A stretch of DNA of 64,000 nucleotides from Clostridia bacterium (GCA_050950825.1 JBMNIH010000008.1:32001-96000); one strand, 5' to 3'. Counted from the stretch's first letter, positions 19,002 through 27,740 are shown. The notes: generated from the sequence alone by a model not told the origin. A program made the numbers and translations.

Positions 19002-19988
19002 TTACCAAACGATCATCCGGTTTTGATTCGGGTCGTAATATACGAGCCAATACCCTTCCGGACCGTTTTGATTTCCACGGTTTCTCACCCATACGGAATA
19101 GTTTTCAAAAGGCTCTTGCTCCGATCGAAAAGGACTCGGAAAACCGAACACCAAAAGCGATCCCTCTTCCCCGTCTCGGTATATACCGGATAGGAGAAAA
19201 CCGTATTTGAAGAAGGAAATCATCACCCGAGCATTAAAGAAGTTTCGGATTTTCACCCCGAAATCCAATAGGATCTCATGAAGAACAACGGGGTTTTCCA
19301 CCCTCCACCATTCGTAATCGTCTCTTCTGTTGGAAAAAGGATCGATAGAATCGAATTGCCTTTCCATGGCTTTTCGGTAGCTTTCGATATCAAAGTCCTT
19401 ACGGGACCGGAACACTTTTTCGGGATCCGAATCCAATAAATAATCCGGCAATTCCACCATGTCCGGTACCCCTTCCTCCGGACTAAACGCGGGAGCTTGG
19501 AAAGTATCAAGGCTTTCCTCTTGACCTTCTTTAGGCTTTTCCTCTTCCTCCTTGTCCGACAGGTTCCAATATTCGCTGAGCTTCGGAGGTCGGGGCATGC
19601 CGTCGGAAATCGGAACATCCTCCCCTTGGAATACTCCGTCGTTTATTTCGTTCTTTGGGTGCAAAACTTCCGTCCGGTCGTTTTTTGCGGAGTCGCTGAG
19701 CAAAACGATTGCGTTTTTCTCATCGGTAACCAAAACCCGGTCCGGATCCTGCATGTCGGTGGGAAATTCAAAATTAATATAGGGCTTAACAAAACGGAAT
19801 TGCGTTACGGCTTTATATTCGCTTGAAGAATTTCCAATGTGAAATACGTAGACTCCTTCGGTAAGATCCCATATCCTGACTTTAATATATCGCGCCGATT
19901 GGCCGCTGTCCATAATCGAAACCAATCCGGCCGCTTGCTTGGCTTCATCGTTTACTCTTTCCAATAACAGATCGAATAACTTCTCCAT
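19002..19988 (-). CDS. Hypothetical clostridial protein, possibly sporulation-related
   Basis: 328-aa ORF with an acidic centre and C-terminal FGFP...EQEPF...GYWL motif. A CATATATT box upstream resembles a mother-cell sigma -10. Confidence 0.6.
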   Translation of the reverse strand: MEKLFDLLLERVNDEAKQAAGLVSIMDSGQSARYIKVRIWDLTEGVYVFHIGNSSSEYKAVTQFRFVKPYINFEFPTDMQDPDRVLVTDEKNAIVLLSDSAKNDRTEVLHPKNEINDGVFQGEDVPISDGMPRPPKLSEYWNLSDKEEEEKPKEGQEESLDTFQAPAFSPEEGVPDMVELPDYLLDSDPEKVFRSRKDFDIESYRKAMERQFDSIDPFSNRRDDYEWWRVENPVVLHEILLDFGVKIRNFFNARVMISFFKYGFLLSGIYRDGEEGSLLVFGFPSPFRSEQEPFENYSVWVRNRGNQNGPEGYWLVYYDPNQNRMIVW

Positions 19989-20040
19989 GGTTTACCCCAA
20001 TATCATTCTACGGTCTAAATATATGACCGAGGATATCGGG

Positions 20041-20886
20041 TTATTCCTTATACAGGAGGTTGGAAAGCTCCGCAAACCGGTCCGCATCCAAATTTTCGCC
20101 TCGGATGTCCGGTCTTAATCCCATGGATTCGACGGCTTTTTGAATGTCTTCTTTTTCAAGATGTAAACCCGGGTAATTGTACAGAGCATTGATAATGTTC
20201 TTTCTTCTTTGGTTGAAAGCACCTCGCACGATTTGAAAAAAGAAATCCTTGTTCTTTACATAATACGCCGGAGCGGATCTTTTTTTAAATTCCAAAAAGG
20301 CGGAATGCACATTGGGCTGGGGCGAAAAGCAATGAGGAGGAACGGATACCACGGGCCGAACTTGGCAATAGTGGTTTACCGCTACCGTTAAGGCACCGTA
20401 ATCCTTGGTGGAGGGCTTGGCCATAATGCGGTCCGCCACTTCCTTTTGCATCATGAAATACATGGAGTCAAAATCAAAGTCGGACTCCAAAAACTTCATG
20501 ATGATGGGGGTGGTGATATAGTAGGGAAGGTTTCCCGTAACCTTTATTTTGTACCCTTGCTCGTAACCGGGTAAAGGATCCTCGAAATTAAATTTTAAAA
20601 CGTCAAAATTCCCCGCATAGAATCCGGGGAAGCTGCCGAAGCGCTCAAGAATAATTTGATGAAGTCTTTTGTCGATTTCGATACAGTAAAGAACGGCGCT
20701 TTTTCCTACAAGCCGTTCCGTCAGGCTCCCCAGCCCGGGACCGATCTCGATAATGTAGTCCCCGGGCTTCGGAGAAATGGCCCGGGCTAATTTCTCGATA
20801 ATATTTTCGTCAATTAAGAAGTTTTGTCCTAAGCTTTTAATCGGTGAAACGTTGTATTTTTTCATCAAACCGATGATTCGGTTCAT
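20041..20886 (-). CDS. rsmA: 16S rRNA dimethyladenosine transferase KsgA
   Basis: KSLGQNFL, EIGPGLG, GNLPYYITTP, MMQKEVADR, F.QRRK. Confidence 0.96.
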   Translation of the reverse strand: MNRIIGLMKKYNVSPIKSLGQNFLIDENIIEKLARAISPKPGDYIIEIGPGLGSLTERLVGKSAVLYCIEIDKRLHQIILERFGSFPGFYAGNFDVLKFNFEDPLPGYEQGYKIKVTGNLPYYITTPIIMKFLESDFDFDSMYFMMQKEVADRIMAKPSTKDYGALTVAVNHYCQVRPVVSVPPHCFSPQPNVHSAFLEFKKRSAPAYYVKNKDFFFQIVRGAFNQRRKNIINALYNYPGLHLEKEDIQKAVESMGLRPDIRGENLDADRFAELSNLLYKE

Positions 20887-20902
20887 AAAGCCCTCTCTTT
20901 TT

Positions 20903-21961
20903 TTATTCCGTGGGATCTTGGAGAATATAGACGCGAACGTCTCGGATGCCCCAACGGACCGCTTCCGTTTTGTCTTCCATGTACAAGTCGATCCTGTACC
21001 CCTTAACGCCGGTTCCGATGTCCGCTGCCAACGAAAATCCGTAATTGCCGCCTTTTCCTACCGTTTCCACGTATACCTTCGTTCCCAAAGGAATGACGGA
21101 AGGATCCACGGCGATAACGCCTCTTCTTACCGGCACGCCGGAATAGGTGATACCGAAAGCAGGATGATCGCTTGTTTTACCGCATTCTTCATATGCCGTG
21201 GTATAGGCCGTGGCTTTCATATTATACACTTTGCTGTAGGTGAATGTTTCTCCCGTGGAAGTTTTGTATTGAAGCAGCGTTCCGTATTCTTCAACTCTCG
21301 GAACGGCTTTTTGAATTTCTTTTTGGTAGGTTAGCGTCTTCGAAGCAATGTTGCCGTTTTCCATGACGATGTGATACGTATTGGAAATGATTCCGGGCCG
21401 GCCCTCTTGAAGTACCTTTTTATCCGTTGCCAGCATCCGATTGTTTTCTACAAGCTTGGTTTCGTAAGGAATGTATTCGATTTCCGTTGATTTCATCTCG
21501 GAAACTCTTAATATTTTGATTTCCAATCCGTCAACAAGGCGCGTGTCTCCCCGCATCCCGACAATCCTGTCTTTTTCGCTTAAGACAATGCTTAACTGAT
21601 CCAGAACTTCTTGAATCGTACCTTTCGTAGTTAAAACGGGGATTTTCTCTCCGTCACACTCGACGGTAACGCGCACCGCCTTCTTGACAACAATTTCATT
21701 GGCCTCAAAGTCCACAAGCCTGTAATCAAAGCTTGGGGTTACCGAGTCCTCCGGTCCTACCGAGATTTTCTGCTCCTCTAAGAATTGACCTACCGTATCG
21801 GCGGCGGTAATCAGGGTTTTCGATGTGTTTCCTACGGTAATTGTTACGGTTTTTTCATCGTTAAATGCGGAACCCGGCAAAATTAATAAGCCGGCGGATA
21901 AAAGAATTACGAGTATATATAAAATGCTTTTTATTTTTCGTCCTTTTTTATTCAAGAGCAT
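20903..21961 (-). CDS. yabE: YabE-like cell wall protein (DUF348 repeats, G5 and 3D domains)
   Basis: N-terminal TM helix, G5-like segment, ATAY...AVDPSVIPLGT...AADIG...IDLY. Confidence 0.85.
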   Translation of the reverse strand: MLLNKKGRKIKSILYILVILLSAGLLILPGSAFNDEKTVTITVGNTSKTLITAADTVGQFLEEQKISVGPEDSVTPSFDYRLVDFEANEIVVKKAVRVTVECDGEKIPVLTTKGTIQEVLDQLSIVLSEKDRIVGMRGDTRLVDGLEIKILRVSEMKSTEIEYIPYETKLVENNRMLATDKKVLQEGRPGIISNTYHIVMENGNIASKTLTYQKEIQKAVPRVEEYGTLLQYKTSTGETFTYSKVYNMKATAYTTAYEECGKTSDHPAFGITYSGVPVRRGVIAVDPSVIPLGTKVYVETVGKGGNYGFSLAADIGTGVKGYRIDLYMEDKTEAVRWGIRDVRVYILQDPTE

Positions 21962-22111
21962 TGGATTGCCTCCTTAAGCTTTTTGGACTGAAGCGATTTT
22001 ATTTTATCTTATTGCGTTTGTCAATAAAATAGCACAAAATTTTCCATTTTTCATGGTAAATTAATCATCCTGATATAAAATCGTAACGAATTTTTATTAT
22101 TTCTCTCTCTA

Positions 22112-22849
22112 TTATGACTCCGAAATGATGTATTTATAGAAAGTCATCTGATAAATGAACCAATTTTGAGTAATTTCATTGAACTTAAAAACGATGACGG
22201 CACGATTCGGTCCTTCATAGATATTGATATTGCTTGTATCGGGTTCCTCAACGGTTTTGTACTTTGTAACGTTCATGATAGCGGTGAAGGCAATCTCTTG
22301 GTTGGAAATGCGGTTGATATCGCTTAGATTTATTTCCGTCGACTTTAAGTCGATTCTTTCTACGTTGGCAAATTGGGATTTGAATTTATCCAAATTGATA
22401 ATTTGCTTGGTATCAAAAGCATCCCTCAGATTTTGGAGCTCGTAGGCTCGTGTATATTCTTTTTGATTGATGCTGGTTACCCAAGCGTCGAGAATATCCG
22501 TAAACATTTGCGTGTTCATGATTTTCTTTAAGAAACCGATAACAATGTCACGATCTTCGATCTTGGAATTGGCATTTTCCAACTCTTTATTTAAGCTGCT
22601 GATGGTATTTTCGTAATTGTTGATGCGGACGGTTTGGCGGGTAATGGTGCTGACATGTTCGGAATTTTCGTTTCTAAGCTCTAAGTTTTCATTTTGCAAA
22701 GATTCAATATTTAAATTGACGCTTTCTTTGTACATCAACAGAGCGTTGATTTCATTTTCCTTGTTGATGTTATCCCATAAAAGGTAATTAAGCGCAACAA
22801 GTAAAGTCATTATACATATGGCGGTTATAGCTAAAATGAACTTCTTCAT
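22112..22849 (-). CDS. Hypothetical membrane-anchored coiled-coil protein
   Basis: AT-rich 245-aa ORF with N-terminal hydrophobic helix and GAGG RBS. Confidence 0.7.
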   Translation of the reverse strand: MKKFILAITAICIMTLLVALNYLLWDNINKENEINALLMYKESVNLNIESLQNENLELRNENSEHVSTITRQTVRINNYENTISSLNKELENANSKIEDRDIVIGFLKKIMNTQMFTDILDAWVTSINQKEYTRAYELQNLRDAFDTKQIINLDKFKSQFANVERIDLKSTEINLSDINRISNQEIAFTAIMNVTKYKTVEEPDTSNINIYEGPNRAVIVFKFNEITQNWFIYQMTFYKYIISES

Positions 22850-22909
22850 TACAAAAACCTCAATAACTGCGGATTATGTATATACCGCAATTAATTTCTG
22901 TCTTTCATT

Positions 22910-22938
22910 ATTATATCATTATCACCTACCGTAGTCAA
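22910..22938 (-). promoter_or_regulatory. Hybrid sigma-A promoter (IS-derived -35 plus host extended -10)
   Basis: Minus strand reads TTGACT (IS256 end, 22938-22933), 17 bp spacer ending in TGA, TATAAT (22915-22910). Confidence 0.7.
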
Positions 22939-23003
22939 GTCCAAATTAGTGTGTAAATTACCTCGGCATTTTAAATGTAGCAATCAGCCTATGGTCGCAA
23001 GCG

Positions 23004-23164
23004 TTTATGCCGCGAAAGCTGTTGACAATGAGTTACATGGCATGTTAGGCTGATAGCCGGGCATCATCCACCTTCTATGAAGCCCATCCCTGTTACTGTG
23101 GGGGATGGCCCGATGCCGGAAAACATGCCATGAGAGGCTCGTTGTCAACAGACCGTGGAATAAA
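23004..23164 (+). ncRNA. Candidate structured RNA inside IS256 (copy 1)
   Basis: Nested stems TTTATGCCGCG/CGTGGAATAAA, CTGTTGACAATGAG/CTCGTTGTCAACAG, ATGGCATGTT/AACATGCCAT, GGCATC/GATGCC. Homologous to 24697-24860. Transcription not shown. Confidence 0.6.
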
Positions 23165-23171
23165 TGCGATC

Positions 23172-24383
23172 TTAGGCAGCAGTACCGGACTTCGAATCGT
23201 TCTCTTTCCGCATCTGGTAATACAACTGCATATTGAAATATTTGTGTCCTGTTTGCCACTTTTCATGCTGTTCCATTAATAAAGCACCCATAAGCCGTAT
23301 GGCTGATGATGCATTGGGAAAGATTCGAATAACCCGTTCACGACGACGAATTTCCTGGTTGAGTCTTTCCACACTATTTGTAGTACGAAGCCGTTTTCGA
23401 TACCTTAAGGGCAGGGCCAGAACAGCAGTGATATCGTCAAATGCCTCGTCCAGAATAGCCGTGGCTTTCGGCGCCTTGGCTTCATAATTTTGGATTATCC
23501 CATCTCTGATGTTACGAGCACTCTCAAGGTCAACGGCCTCATAAAGCCGGCGTAGCTCTTCTTTAATTTCAGGTTGCAGCGCCTTCGGTGTATGATCCAA
23601 AATGTTCTTGGAAAAGTGTGTTTGACAGCGTTGCCAACCAGCGCCTTGAAAGTGCCTTCTAACAGCTTTGACCAACCCTTTATGGTCGTCAGAGGTAACC
23701 AAATCAACATTCTTTAGCCCTCTTTCTTTAAGAGAGGAAAAGAATTCACCCCAGCTGCTTTCGGATTCACTGTTGGCTAATTGAAACCCTATGATTTCGC
23801 GATAGCCTTCCTCATTCACTGCAGTGGCTATCAACAAACCACTTGATTGTACGCGACCATTTTCCCGCACATTTACAAAGATGGCATCCACTATGAGAAA
23901 GGGATAGTGGCACTGCAGAGGACGAGTTCTAAAAGCCTCCACGATGGGATCTAACTTCTTGCAAAGATCTGAGACAGTGGATCTTGAGAACTTCTTCCCG
24001 CATAGTTCCTCGGTTATTAATTCCACTTTTCGAGTGGAAACACCATTGACTACCATCTCCATCATTGCCAACACCAATGCTTGTTCACTGCGCTGATATC
24101 GGGCAAATAACTCTGTGGAGAACTGCCCGTTGCGGTGTCTGGGAATGCGCAGGGTAAGTGTACCTACTCGAGTAGTTAACTGTCTATCTCGATATCCATT
24201 GCGGTATGCGGTTCTTTCTTCGGATCGCTCGTAGGGGTCGGCCTTCAATTGCTCTGAAGACTGGGCTAAAAGAACCTGGTTAAATATTTCTTCCAATAAT
24301 TTGGCAAACGCTTCATCCTTGCCATTTGATAAAAATAATCCGTGCAAAAGTTCTCCGCTTATAGTAATATTAAATTGAGTCAT
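23172..24383 (-). CDS. IS256-family (Mutator-type) DDE transposase
   Basis: RNGYR, GVSTR, LIVDA, VTSDDHKGL, QRCQTHF (CxxH), TTNSVERLNQEIRRR. Confidence 0.96.
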   Translation of the reverse strand: MTQFNITISGELLHGLFLSNGKDEAFAKLLEEIFNQVLLAQSSEQLKADPYERSEERTAYRNGYRDRQLTTRVGTLTLRIPRHRNGQFSTELFARYQRSEQALVLAMMEMVVNGVSTRKVELITEELCGKKFSRSTVSDLCKKLDPIVEAFRTRPLQCHYPFLIVDAIFVNVRENGRVQSSGLLIATAVNEEGYREIIGFQLANSESESSWGEFFSSLKERGLKNVDLVTSDDHKGLVKAVRRHFQGAGWQRCQTHFSKNILDHTPKALQPEIKEELRRLYEAVDLESARNIRDGIIQNYEAKAPKATAILDEAFDDITAVLALPLRYRKRLRTTNSVERLNQEIRRRERVIRIFPNASSAIRLMGALLMEQHEKWQTGHKYFNMQLYYQMRKENDSKSGTAA

Positions 24384-24696
24384 TGCTCATCCCTCCTCGG
24401 GTTTGTTTTTTAGTAATTTATATTCTAACCGAGGCATGAGCTTTGGCTCAACTTCTTTTTACACCATTATATAGACTTAATCCCTACCGTTGCAAACAAA
24501 AAAAGTATCGTGATAGCGTCAATATACATTCGGAAATAAAAAGAGAGAGTTCACCCTTATGATAAGATTAAATCTTGTCTGTATCATATATCATTTCCAT
24601 CAATTTTTCCACATTTGTTTTTTTAATTGATTATTACACATCACCCCTATTCAAGAATTCATGAAGACAATAGCAAATGCACAAGTAAAGTACTCA

Positions 24697-24860
24697 TTTA
24701 TTCCACGGTTCGCTTTACGACGAGCCTCTGCCGGCATGTTTAGTGGCCTCTGCGGCATCTTCCTACAGGGTGAAGCCGGATACGGCTTTGTGTGTTTGAT
24801 GCCAGGCAGACAAGCCTAACATGCCGTCTACTCATCGTAAAGCGACTTTCGCGGCATAAA
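24697..24860 (-). ncRNA. Candidate structured RNA inside ISLre2 (copy 2)
   Basis: On the minus strand: TTTATGCCGCG/CGTGGAATAAA, TCGCTTTACGATGAG/CTCGTCGTAAAGCGA, CGGCATGTT/AACATGCCG, GGCATC/GATGCC. Covaries with copy 1. Confidence 0.6.
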
Positions 24861-24903
24861 GCCTACCGTCACACGGTTACAAAGTCATAGCGGTTCAAGC
24901 TGC

Positions 24904-26388
24904 TTATGCGTCCCAAGCCAGTGTGGTCATATTCTTTAGCCACTTCATACTGCTCCTTTCCAAACCATGTATGTGACGTCTGGTATCTTCCGCATACGTC
25001 CATTTTGAATGTCTTCTTCTCAGATCTCTTATCAATTCTTCTTGTGCTTCACGCCTTTCCTTTTGCTTTTTTCGTTGTTTTTGATATTTTAGCAAGTCAA
25101 GAATCTTACCGCCGTTTCTTTTGTACGCTCTGAGCCTTGCCATGCGGTCGCAACCCAATTCGCTCCATCCCATTGGTCTGCTGCTCATTCTTGCCGACAA
25201 TACATGGCTTATTTGCCCTTCTATGCAATATGTCCAGCCGCTTGTTTCTTCCACTCGGGTTTTTATCCCTTGCCAATGATTTAGAAAATATCTTAACGCA
25301 TCTTCCACTTCTTGCTTCTTGTTTTCACTTTCCGTAACCTTCAGGATCTGCTCATAGATATTCTTCAATTCCTTTTTGTCCAAACGATTCAAGGCTCCCC
25401 AAATCCAGTCTTTCACCTCGTCCGCGCTATCGTAAAGATGCGCCACTGACCTGTTTATATATTTCATCATATGGTATTTATCAAGGACATATTTGCTGTT
25501 CTCCAAATATTCGCATCCTTTTTTTATCCACGAAGCTCCGTCTCCGACTACGTATATTCTCTCAAGATAGTCCGTATCGTATGTTTTTTCTATGTATTCG
25601 GCAACCTCCATCCAAAGCTTTTCGTTGCCTTTGCCACCCTCGTAAATACCGCAAAAGTATTTTTTTCCGATCAGCTTATATCTGGGATTCTTGGATGCTT
25701 CCCCCGATTCATTGATAATATCCTCGAATACACAAACAAGCTTAGGCATCAGGGTATTAATCTTATGGCCCCTCGCATCTCGCTTCAAATCGCCCTTTTC
25801 ATTCCAAAACTGTGCCGCCACATGATCTTCATCGGCTATGACATGAAGCCTTTTTATCTTCTTCTTTCCTTCCGGTTCCGGCATCGGCATGTCCGCCTCA
25901 ATCTCATGTACCAGATCCATCACGGCTTGTTTGCTAATGCCTTCTTCCGCTTTTATGCTTGCATTCTCTCCGCCTTTGCGGTAACTGCTGTCTATACTTT
26001 CTTCCAAGGCTCTCGCAGCTGCGCCTAGCGTTACCTTCTGGTGCGGTTCAAATCCGAGCACCTGATCCAAAAGATATACATACTCACCCGTTCCTTTCGC
26101 ACAATATCCGGTTCGGCAGAATTCAACCTTACCCATGACATCTACGATGGTTTTCTTTTTGTTCCTGTGCTCGACATTCCAATACTTTTTTCTCACGCTG
26201 CTTTCTCGTATATCGTTATCAGCTTTCTCGTACAAATCCGCTATAAGGCTGACCGCTAACGTTGACGTAACTTTATTAACGAGTGCAGTCAAATCATCGG
26301 CATCTTTTTTACCTGCCAGAATATCACCCATCATTTTTTCAATTTCGACTAACCCATTTTCAATAAAATGTAGTATACTTTTATACAT
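24904..26388 (-). CDS. ISLre2-family (UPF0236) transposase
   Basis: YVYLLDQ, SYRK, IADEDH, GDGASWIK, LDKYH (DxxH), IEGQISH, RM..RPMGWS..G. ATG at 26388 follows AAAGGAAGG. Confidence 0.92.
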   Translation of the reverse strand: MYKSILHFIENGLVEIEKMMGDILAGKKDADDLTALVNKVTSTLAVSLIADLYEKADNDIRESSVRKKYWNVEHRNKKKTIVDVMGKVEFCRTGYCAKGTGEYVYLLDQVLGFEPHQKVTLGAAARALEESIDSSYRKGGENASIKAEEGISKQAVMDLVHEIEADMPMPEPEGKKKIKRLHVIADEDHVAAQFWNEKGDLKRDARGHKINTLMPKLVCVFEDIINESGEASKNPRYKLIGKKYFCGIYEGGKGNEKLWMEVAEYIEKTYDTDYLERIYVVGDGASWIKKGCEYLENSKYVLDKYHMMKYINRSVAHLYDSADEVKDWIWGALNRLDKKELKNIYEQILKVTESENKKQEVEDALRYFLNHWQGIKTRVEETSGWTYCIEGQISHVLSARMSSRPMGWSELGCDRMARLRAYKRNGGKILDLLKYQKQRKKQKERREAQEELIRDLRRRHSKWTYAEDTRRHIHGLERSSMKWLKNMTTLAWDA

Positions 26389-26592
26389 AGAGGACACCTT
26401 CCTTTGTGATTTTTTGTATGGAAATTTAATCATATCACAATCGGGGTCCTCTTTCTATTTGTTATATTCTTCCATTGATTATTATCCGAAACTTACTTTA
26501 CGCTAATAAGTATCGTAAACATCAAGATGCCGTCGCCCTTTATGTTATAATAATCGTTAAGCAAGTTAAATATACGCGTTGCGGAGGTAACT

Positions 26593-27675
26593 ATGTCTCA
26601 AATGACGGGTTATGAGCGGATAAAAAACATATTGCAAAGAAAACCGGTGGACCGTATCGGCCTTTACGAGCATTTCTGGAACGATACGAAAAAAATGTGG
26701 GTTGAAGCGGGTAAGGTTGCTCCCGAAGACAATTTAAACGACCTTTTCGATTTTGATATGACCGAGTGCTGGGCTTTCAATTTCACAGCCGATTTGGACT
26801 ACGTTGATGAGATTATCGAGGAAACGGAAGATACCGTTTTAAAAAAAGACGGAAACGGCGCCATTTTAAGAAGACATAAGAAACACGATACCACTCCGGA
26901 GCACGTGGATTTTACCGTAAAAGATCGCAAAGCATGGGAAGAGCTGATCAAGCCGCGCCTTACTCCGGATGAAAGAAGAATCAACTTTACGGCATACCGC
27001 AATGCTAAAAAGAAGGCGAAGGAGCAAAACAAGTTTTTTGTCTGGTCCGGAGTCAACGTATTCGAATGCATGCATCCGGTATGCGGCCACGAGCATATGC
27101 TCGTTGGAATGGCGTGGGATCCGGATTGGGTCAAAGACATGGTGGATACCTACAGCACCTTGACGGTCAGCTTACAAGAAATCCTGTTCGAAAAAGAAGG
27201 ATTGCCGGACGGTATTTGGTATTACGAAGACATGGGCTTTAAAGAACGCCCCTTCATGTCCCCCGCCATGTACGAGGAGATCATAAAGCCGGGGCATAAA
27301 AAAACCATTGACTTTGCAAAATCGAAAAACCTTCCCGTCATTATGCACTCCTGCGGTTACGTAGAGCCCTTGATCCCGGGTATGATTGACGCCGGAATCG
27401 ACTGCTTGCAGGTAATCGAAGTGAAGGCCGGCATGGATTTGCTAAAAATTCATAAAAACTACAAGGACCGCATCTCGTTAATGGGCGGTATCGACGTAAG
27501 AAAGCTTTACACCAACGATTATCGGCAAATCGACGAGGAATTGGAAAGCAAAATTCCCATTGTAAAAGAAGGATTCGGGTATGTGCTCCACAGCGACCAC
27601 TCCATTCCCGGAACCGTATATTTCGATACATATAAATACTTCATACAAAAAGGTCTCGAGCTTGGAACCTACTAA
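26593..27675 (+). CDS. Uroporphyrinogen decarboxylase (URO-D)/MtaA-like family protein
   Basis: ERI..IL.RKPVDR, YEDMG, MSP, MHSCG, GGID, SDHSIP. GGAGG RBS. Confidence 0.85.
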   Translation: MSQMTGYERIKNILQRKPVDRIGLYEHFWNDTKKMWVEAGKVAPEDNLNDLFDFDMTECWAFNFTADLDYVDEIIEETEDTVLKKDGNGAILRRHKKHDTTPEHVDFTVKDRKAWEELIKPRLTPDERRINFTAYRNAKKKAKEQNKFFVWSGVNVFECMHPVCGHEHMLVGMAWDPDWVKDMVDTYSTLTVSLQEILFEKEGLPDGIWYYEDMGFKERPFMSPAMYEEIIKPGHKKTIDFAKSKNLPVIMHSCGYVEPLIPGMIDAGIDCLQVIEVKAGMDLLKIHKNYKDRISLMGGIDVRKLYTNDYRQIDEELESKIPIVKEGFGYVLHSDHSIPGTVYFDTYKYFIQKGLELGTY

Positions 27676-27740
27676 AAATCCATGGATAAGTCATGGTATA
27701 ATAGATATTATGAAGAACACGGAACAAGGAGGTACGATAC

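Larger units (their letters stand above)
22933..24482 (-). mobile_element. IS256-family insertion sequence, 1550 bp
   Basis: Imperfect terminal IRs (AGTCAAGTCCAAATTAGTGTGTAAA vs GATTAAGTCTATATAATGGTGTAAA). 8-bp target duplication CCTACCGT at 22925-22932 and 24483-24490. Confidence 0.93.
24512..26507 (-). mobile_element. ISLre2-family insertion sequence, 1996 bp
   Basis: Imperfect terminal IRs (GATAGCGTCAATATACATTCGGA vs ATTAGCGTAAAGTAAGTTTCGGA). 9-bp target duplication AAGTATCGT at 24503-24511 and 26508-26516. Confidence 0.9.

Noticed and set aside
23005-23259. 84-aa minus-strand ORF overlapping the IS256 tail
   Set aside because: Overlaps the transposase end out of frame, has no RBS, and has no counterpart in the homologous ISLre2 copy. 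Conservation there is structural, not coding.
22933-26507. Composite transposon made of the two IS
   Set aside because: Each IS has its own distinct target duplication, and no cargo lies between them.
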